Source: a virus. Taken from it: DNA of 64,000 nucleotides. The position numbers and the translations under genes were made by a program. Every line of letters begins with the position of its first letter. Positions within the stretch are counted from its first letter, which is position 1. The stretch is taken from positions 32,001-96,000 of the IMG/VR virus record IMGVR_UViG_3300017917_002349; one strand, given 5' to 3'. This document shows, piece by piece, positions 58,791 through 64,000 of this stretch. The notes below the pieces were generated by a model. That model was not told the DNA's origin. It saw nothing but the letters and a program-made list of their open reading frames with translations, and ran no database searches.

Positions 58791-59154
58791 GTTTTCTTAC
58801 CAGCGTGATACTTTTACGTTTGATTCTTTTGACAATTATGTCATTTAGGCTAGTGCAGGGCCCTAAATTTACCTTAACATCCTTGGTAGAAAAATTACGG
58901 ATAGCATATCGAAATTCAGATATCTCTTTTAACAAAAAGATATTGATAGGAATTTGTCGATTTGATTCCCACCACCAAACTTCACCTAGCTCGATAAATT
59001 TAGCCTTTTCTGGCTCGCTTTTTATCAGGCTGTAATCATACATGCTAGTGACCTGTGAGTCTTGGTTGATGATGATGCCTACATATTCCTGATCTACGTG
59101 AGTAAGTATACTAATGAATGGAAAATTTTGTTGTAAGTTTTCAGTTATTCTCAT
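58783..59154 (-). CDS. Hypothetical protein
   Basis: 123 aa with WWWESNRQIPINIFL; fills the gap between plus-strand genes. Confidence 0.65.
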   Translation of the reverse strand: MRITENLQQNFPFISILTHVDQEYVGIIINQDSQVTSMYDYSLIKSEPEKAKFIELGEVWWWESNRQIPINIFLLKEISEFRYAIRNFSTKDVKVNLGPCTSLNDIIVKRIKRKSITLVRKPT

Positions 59155-59182
59155 AGATAAATATTGCTAAGGGTCCAAAATT

Positions 59183-60013
59183 ATGCAAGCAATTTCAGTT
59201 TATTTATATCCAAACAAACTAGATGTATTTACTAATTTACCAGACTCCTGGACTTCAGAGAGGTATCGTAGAGTGTACAACAGAACTTTAAAATTATTTC
59301 GAGGTGTATCTAATAGGATTGACATCCAGGTTAGAAATTCTGATCAAAAATCTCTAGACATTACAGGATATAGTTTGGTTTTTAATCTGATCAACAGAGA
59401 AACCAAAGCACTGATTTTGCAGCAAGATTTTCTGCCCATCGACGGCAGTAGTCTTATACGAGGAAAACTAAGTCTAGATCTTTCGGAATCTGCACTAGAA
59501 TCAGTTAGATCTGGATTCTATCATTATTCTATCGTGAAAGAAATTAGATCTACAGATAATAATGGTAACTATACCGTTACAGAAAGGACTCCTTTGTACA
59601 TAGACAGTCAATACGGTACATTTGCTGCTGTGGAAATAAACGACAATATTCTAGGCGAACCGGTCGATAGTAGAAAAATAATCGCTTTCAATCAATATAA
59701 CCCGTTTGAAAATCCTAGATACTTTATCAGCAGTATCATTGATGCCAAACCCGAATTATCTTCTAGTCAAAGCCTTCATACCTTTCAATTTAATATGACT
59801 AGCTATTATGGTCAAATTATCATACAAGGTTCCCAGAGTGAAGGCGGCAACCCACAGGTTTGGGTTGATGTTCCAGACGGAAATTTCAACCTCACTGGCG
59901 AATCTATTACCTATAAAAATATATCTGGTAAGTTCGATTATTTTAGAATCAAACATATACCAGATCAAACTATAACTTCACATGGAACCGTTGACAGCGT
60001 ACTATACAGATAG
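59183..60013 (+). CDS. Putative virion structural protein
   Basis: Beta-rich 276 aa; TAAATA at 59158. Confidence 0.5.
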   Translation: MQAISVYLYPNKLDVFTNLPDSWTSERYRRVYNRTLKLFRGVSNRIDIQVRNSDQKSLDITGYSLVFNLINRETKALILQQDFLPIDGSSLIRGKLSLDLSESALESVRSGFYHYSIVKEIRSTDNNGNYTVTERTPLYIDSQYGTFAAVEINDNILGEPVDSRKIIAFNQYNPFENPRYFISSIIDAKPELSSSQSLHTFQFNMTSYYGQIIIQGSQSEGGNPQVWVDVPDGNFNLTGESITYKNISGKFDYFRIKHIPDQTITSHGTVDSVLYR

Positions 60014-60019
60014 TATACT
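59991..60019 (+). promoter_or_regulatory. Sigma70-like promoter
   Basis: TTGACA-17 nt-TATACT; ATG 6 nt downstream. Confidence 0.75.
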
Positions 60020-60025
60020 GTATGT

Positions 60026-61054
60026 ATGACCCTGGTTATAGATAAATTTCGTTCGCTACTACCCCCTAGAGCCAAACATAGTCCCAGTGGATGGACCAGT
60101 TTCAATGCGCCTTGCTGTCAGCACAGGGGTCACAGTCCGGACACTAGAAAGCGGGCTGGTATCCGTTTTGATGGTAACGGTATAATCTATAATTGTTTCA
60201 ACTGCAAATTCACCACGGGATGGCAGCCCGGATCTCCTTTGGGAGAAAAAATGAAAAGTCTTTGTAGGTGGTTAGGTGCCAATGATGACGATATCAAGAC
60301 TATGGTGTTTGAGGCTCTCAAAACCGAAGGCGAAGATTACCAACCTGCAGAATATCAGATCAAAGTAGATTTCGAAGATAAACCACTACCAGAGCATGCC
60401 ATGAGCCTAATGGACTGGAGCGGAATCATGGAAGGCGAAATAGAAGAAAAATTAGGTCCGCAATTTATTGATGTTTTAAGATATCTAATGACCAGAGGAT
60501 ATGAAAATCCTTTTGATTATGATTTCTATTGGAGTCCCGCACCGGGCTATGAAAACAGAATCATAATTCCCTTTCGTTGGCAGGGTAGGATCGTAGGTAA
60601 TACAGCTAGAAGAATCACCGACGGAAAACCAAAATATCTATCAGATCAACACCCCTATTTCGTCTTTAATGTTGATAAACAGAAAGAAGAATATAGGTAT
60701 GTCTTTGTCTGTGAAGGACCATTTGATGCATTGGCTATCGGCGGTGTGGCATTACTCACTAACGAAGTAAGCGATCAGCAGGCGAGAATAATTAACAGTA
60801 TAGGCAAACAAGTAATAGTAATACCAGATCAAGATCGAGCAGGCTCAATTTTAATCACTCAGGCTGCCGAATTAGGATGGTCAGTGGCTTTTCCTAATTG
60901 GGACGATGATGTAAAAGACTGTGCAGAGGCAGTGTTGAGATATGGAAAACTGTTCACTATCGTAGATGCTATTGAAACGTCAACAAGCAATCTCGCAAAA
61001 ATAGAAATAGAAAAAAGAAAATTGTTGACGAAATTGGAGATATTGAATGCTTAA
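60026..61054 (+). CDS. DNA primase (T4 gp61-like)
   Basis: Zn ribbon PCC...YNCFNC, RIIIPF, PKY, and TOPRIM motifs VCEGPFDA, PDQDRAG and KD. Confidence 0.9.
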   Translation: MTLVIDKFRSLLPPRAKHSPSGWTSFNAPCCQHRGHSPDTRKRAGIRFDGNGIIYNCFNCKFTTGWQPGSPLGEKMKSLCRWLGANDDDIKTMVFEALKTEGEDYQPAEYQIKVDFEDKPLPEHAMSLMDWSGIMEGEIEEKLGPQFIDVLRYLMTRGYENPFDYDFYWSPAPGYENRIIIPFRWQGRIVGNTARRITDGKPKYLSDQHPYFVFNVDKQKEEYRYVFVCEGPFDALAIGGVALLTNEVSDQQARIINSIGKQVIVIPDQDRAGSILITQAAELGWSVAFPNWDDDVKDCAEAVLRYGKLFTIVDAIETSTSNLAKIEIEKRKLLTKLEILNA

Positions 61055-61163
61055 AAAGATTTTAGGGTTTTTACTCTATCCTTTTGTGAAATACAAAGAA
61101 CATAGGGCATGGAAAAAACGTTTAGAAGAACTTAAAAAACGCGATCCATTTATCTATAAATGA
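61047..61163 (+). CDS. 38-aa peptide ending RDPFIYK, absent from the ORF track
   Basis: MLKKILGFLLYPFVKYKEHRAWKKRLEELKKRDPFIYK; GGAG RBS; overlaps the primase stop and is ATGA-coupled to the next gene. Confidence 0.7.
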   Translation: MLKKILGFLLYPFVKYKEHRAWKKRLEELKKRDPFIYK

Positions 61164-62128
61164 TTACCTGGGGAATAAATGCTCTGAATCATGATGCCAG
61201 TATTGCCGTAATGGTAGGCAATGATCTACGATTCTGGGAAAGATCCAGTAAGTATTCAAATATCAAAGGCGACGACAAACTTAATAGTACTTTGATTAGA
61301 GCAGCTATAGATGCAAGTGGCGGTAAAGGACCTTCTGATATTGTTTGGTACGAAAAACCCTGGCTGAAAAAAACCAGACAGTTTTATGCAGGTCAGTATC
61401 GTTGGGCGTTTGATCTGAAAGAATTGCCTAGTGTATATCTAAAAGAATTTAGGTTAAATTATGCAAAAATTCATTACTTACCACATCATCTCAGTCATGC
61501 TGCTGCAGGATTCCTAACATCACCGTTTAAAGATGCAGTAGTAATCGTTTTAGATGCCATGGGAGAATGGGAATCGGCGACTATATGGCAGGGACACAAT
61601 AACAGTCTAAAGAAACTGTGGAGTCGAAGCTATCCGACTAGTCTTGGTTTATTTTATTCTGCATTTACTGATCTAATAGGTTTCAAGCCAATCGCAGAAG
61701 AACACCTCCTGCAACAGTTTAGTGACAAAGGAGATCCTAATAGATTCGGCAGCGATATTTACGCATACTGGAAAAAAGGCTGGCATCTAAAATATAATCT
61801 ACACAAAGGTGTAAGGAACTGGCCTTATCCTATACAAACAGATCAAGACAGATATGACATAGCTGCCGCAGTACAGGCAGTGTTTCAACTACAGGCCTAC
61901 GAAGTCGTGCAAATAGCGAAAAGATTATCAAATGATCGGAATCTAGTATACATGGGCGGCTGTGCTATGAATTCTAAATTCAACGAAATACTGCCTGGCG
62001 AGTTTGATCATATCTGGAGTTTACCTATTCCGGGTGATGCTGCAAGTTCTATGGGTGCCGCACTGTATTTTAAGAAAGCAAGATACAAGTATCAAGGTGA
62101 TCTTGCAAAACACATACAAATCAAGTAA
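61160..62128 (+). CDS. Carbamoyltransferase N-terminal (Kae1-like) domain only
   Basis: NHDASIA, YEKP, HHLSHAAA, LDAMGE, SLGLFY, GGCAMN and PGDAASSMGAA motifs; ends before the GPRALG domain. Confidence 0.85.
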   Translation: MITWGINALNHDASIAVMVGNDLRFWERSSKYSNIKGDDKLNSTLIRAAIDASGGKGPSDIVWYEKPWLKKTRQFYAGQYRWAFDLKELPSVYLKEFRLNYAKIHYLPHHLSHAAAGFLTSPFKDAVVIVLDAMGEWESATIWQGHNNSLKKLWSRSYPTSLGLFYSAFTDLIGFKPIAEEHLLQQFSDKGDPNRFGSDIYAYWKKGWHLKYNLHKGVRNWPYPIQTDQDRYDIAAAVQAVFQLQAYEVVQIAKRLSNDRNLVYMGGCAMNSKFNEILPGEFDHIWSLPIPGDAASSMGAALYFKKARYKYQGDLAKHIQIK

Positions 62129-62131
62129 AAT
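62103..62131 (+). promoter_or_regulatory. Sigma70-like promoter
   Basis: TTGCAA-17 nt-TAAAAT; ATG 6 nt downstream. Confidence 0.55.
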
Positions 62132-62137
62132 AATAAG

Positions 62138-63562
62138 ATGATAAAAGATTACGGTTTTGAAGTTCAAAAACTTTATTTAGAATTAATGTTGGCAGATGCA
62201 GAAGTGTTTGTTCGCTGCCAAGGTATTTTTGATCACACATTGTTTGATCGAAAACTACAAGATGCAGCAGAATTTGTCAATGAGTATTCAAAGAAATATT
62301 CTGTGTTGCCTGATTATGAAATGGTCAATTCTACCTGCGCGGTCAGTTTGAAAAAACCCGAAGATGTCAAACATGGACACATGGATTGGCTCATGGACGA
62401 GTTCGAATCGTTTACTAGACACAAGGCTCTAGAACGTGCCATTATTAATTCTGCAGACCTATTAGAAAAACATGATTACGGTCAAGTAGAGACCATGATT
62501 AAAGAAGCTGTTCAAATTGGTCTCGCCAAAGACATGGGCACAGATTATTTCGCAGATCCTAGAGCAAGATTAATGCGCATCAAAGACAAAAATGGTCAGA
62601 TCAGCACAGGTTGGCCTAGTCTTGATCGCAGATTATTTGGAGGAATGAACCGTGGCGAGCTTAATATTTTTGCTGGTGGTAGTGGTGCAGGTAAATCGTT
62701 GTTCCTTGCCAACTTGGGTGTTAACTGGGCATTGCAGGGGCTCAATGTTGTCTATCTAACCTTAGAACTTTCAGAAGATCTAGTATGTATGCGTGTAGAC
62801 GCAATGACTACGGGTATATCAACTAAAGAAATTTTTAAAGAATTAGATGACCTAGAAATGAAGGTCAAGATAATCGGTAAAAAATCCGGAGCCTTTCAAG
62901 TCAAATATATGCCGTCTGGCAAGACCTGTAATGATCTTCGAGCCTATCTAAAAGAATTTGAAATCAAAACAGGAAGAAAGGTAGATGTTCTATTAGTCGA
63001 TTACCTAGATCTATTAATGCCTATCAGTAGAAAAATTAGTCCAGCAGACTTATTCATTAAAGACAAATATGTATCTGAAGAGTTAAGAAATTTAGCTGTA
63101 GAACGTCAATGTATATTAGTAACTGCATCACAGTTAAATCGTGGTGCAGTTGAAGAAGTAGAATTCGACCATAGCCATATTTCGGGTGGTTTATCTAAGA
63201 TTCAAACTGCTGATAACGTGTTTGGTATCTTCACTAGTCGTGCTATGCGTGAACGTGGCAGATATCAGATACAGCTAATGAAGACTCGTTCAAGCAGCGG
63301 AGTTGGACAAAAAGTTGATCTAGAATTTAATCTAGAAACCTTGAAAATTTCAGATCTCCCTGAAGACGAACAAGAAAGTCATAATGGTGCTGGCCGAGGC
63401 GGGTCTAGTATTATTGACCAAATCAAACGTAAAACAGAGGTACAGCGTGAGGAACCATCAGACGGTAGTCCTGCTCCAAAGGTAAGAGCCCATGTAGAAA
63501 GTACCAAATTACGTGAGATTCTTAGCAACATGGGCGGAGACGATGAAGACGCACCGTTTTGA
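62138..63562 (+). CDS. Replicative DnaB-family helicase (T4 gp41-like)
   Basis: STGWPSLD, AGGSGAGKS, TLEL, VDYLDL, TASQLNR and MKTR motifs. Confidence 0.92.
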   Translation: MIKDYGFEVQKLYLELMLADAEVFVRCQGIFDHTLFDRKLQDAAEFVNEYSKKYSVLPDYEMVNSTCAVSLKKPEDVKHGHMDWLMDEFESFTRHKALERAIINSADLLEKHDYGQVETMIKEAVQIGLAKDMGTDYFADPRARLMRIKDKNGQISTGWPSLDRRLFGGMNRGELNIFAGGSGAGKSLFLANLGVNWALQGLNVVYLTLELSEDLVCMRVDAMTTGISTKEIFKELDDLEMKVKIIGKKSGAFQVKYMPSGKTCNDLRAYLKEFEIKTGRKVDVLLVDYLDLLMPISRKISPADLFIKDKYVSEELRNLAVERQCILVTASQLNRGAVEEVEFDHSHISGGLSKIQTADNVFGIFTSRAMRERGRYQIQLMKTRSSSGVGQKVDLEFNLETLKISDLPEDEQESHNGAGRGGSSIIDQIKRKTEVQREEPSDGSPAPKVRAHVESTKLREILSNMGGDDEDAPF

Positions 63563-63794
63563 AGTAGCTAAATTCTTCCCTGGAGAGGGCGACGGTTCGG
63601 GCAATATCTATATAGATTGGCCTTGTATTCATCGACAAGTTGGAGTAGAACACATCACGTGGATTAAAAATCAAGACCCTCTGGAGTGCCAAATGGTGTT
63701 GGAAACTCGTCCTAGTGATAGCTATACCTATGTAGTAGCAGAAATCTACTCAGATAAATTAGCCACGCTCTACGGATTGTTATGGGCTAAATAA
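63543..63794 (+). CDS. Small hypothetical protein
   Basis: Start moved to ATG 63543 after GGAGA. Confidence 0.5.
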   Translation: MKTHRFEVAKFFPGEGDGSGNIYIDWPCIHRQVGVEHITWIKNQDPLECQMVLETRPSDSYTYVVAEIYSDKLATLYGLLWAK

Positions 63795-63797
63795 TGG

Positions 63798-64000
63798 ATG
63801 CGTTTAAGAGAACTTAAAGAACGATCCGACATCATTACAATAAATCGTCGCCTTAATCCTAAAATATGGAACGACGATGACCTCAAGCCGGAAGTCAAAT
63901 CCAAGCTCATAGAAATAGCTCGTGCATTCGAAGAATTCGTTGGTATAGAGCTAGAAGTTGAAGATTATACAATAACCGGCTCTAATGCTAATTTTACATG
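63798..64000 (+). CDS. Pol-beta-superfamily nucleotidyltransferase-like protein, 3'-truncated by the window edge
   Basis: Manual translation MRLRELKERS...LNPKIW...LKPEVKSKLIEIA...DYTITGSNANFT; hGS motif; TAAATA 4 nt upstream. Confidence 0.5.
   Translation, partial: MRLRELKERSDIITINRRLNPKIWNDDDLKPEVKSKLIEIARAFEEFVGIELEVEDYTITGSNANFT

Noticed and set aside
766-59968. The many short antisense or off-frame ORFs in the track (e.g. 766-1017, 12353-12784, 19667-20056, 35698-36018, 37623-37967)
   Set aside because: They lie wholly or largely within well-supported genes, lack RBS or promoter support, and read as shadow frames.
61160-62137. Frameshifted pseudogene of a full-length carbamoyltransferase
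   Set aside because: There is no room for the missing domain: helicase starts 10 nt after the stop.
31772-63562. Inteins or introns in terminase, UvsX, UvsW, primase or helicase
   Set aside because: Motif spacing is continuous and lengths are normal; no C...HN/(C,S,T) junctions.
1-64000. Stop-codon reassignment or selenocysteine use, suggested by the jumbo-phage context and Cys-rich genes
   Set aside because: Core genes are full length in the standard code, TAA, TGA and TAG all end genes at sensible positions, and the Cys-rich ORFs have no in-frame TGA.
1-64000. CRISPR array, tRNA, rRNA, integrase or IS element
   Set aside because: No repeat-spacer series or cloverleaf was recognised by eye and intergenic gaps are very short. 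tRNAscan-SE or Infernal would be needed to exclude small RNAs fully.

Overview
This window is part of a large lytic T4-like (jumbo-type) myophage genome. It is densely coding in the standard genetic code, and I recognised no tRNA, CRISPR array, integrase or transposase. From left to right: (1) tail-fibre/adhesin genes with Asp-box beta-propeller repeats, three tandem paralogues of about 10% Cys, a likely fibre chaperone, a GT9-like glycosyltransferase and a full-length NodU/CmcH/TobZ carbamoyltransferase; (2) neck and tail core (gp15, gp14, gp13, sheath, tube), dNMP kinase, HNH, head completion nuclease and terminase; (3) two host-like secreted small proteins; (4) gp32-uvsX-uvsY; (5) an 11.4 kb sugar-nucleotide/glycosyltransferase island; (6) uvsW, an APS-kinase/nucleotidyltransferase fusion, a 192-aa mini-DnaE, primase, a half carbamoyltransferase with a coupled PFIY peptide, and helicase. 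The most promising undescribed elements are the Cys-rich adhesin triplet with its chaperone, glycosyltransferase and carbamoyltransferase, the late-expressed glycosylation island, and a recurring TAAATA-N4-7-ATG layout that predicts leaderless late mRNAs. All product calls come from motif recognition by eye; no database search was run.
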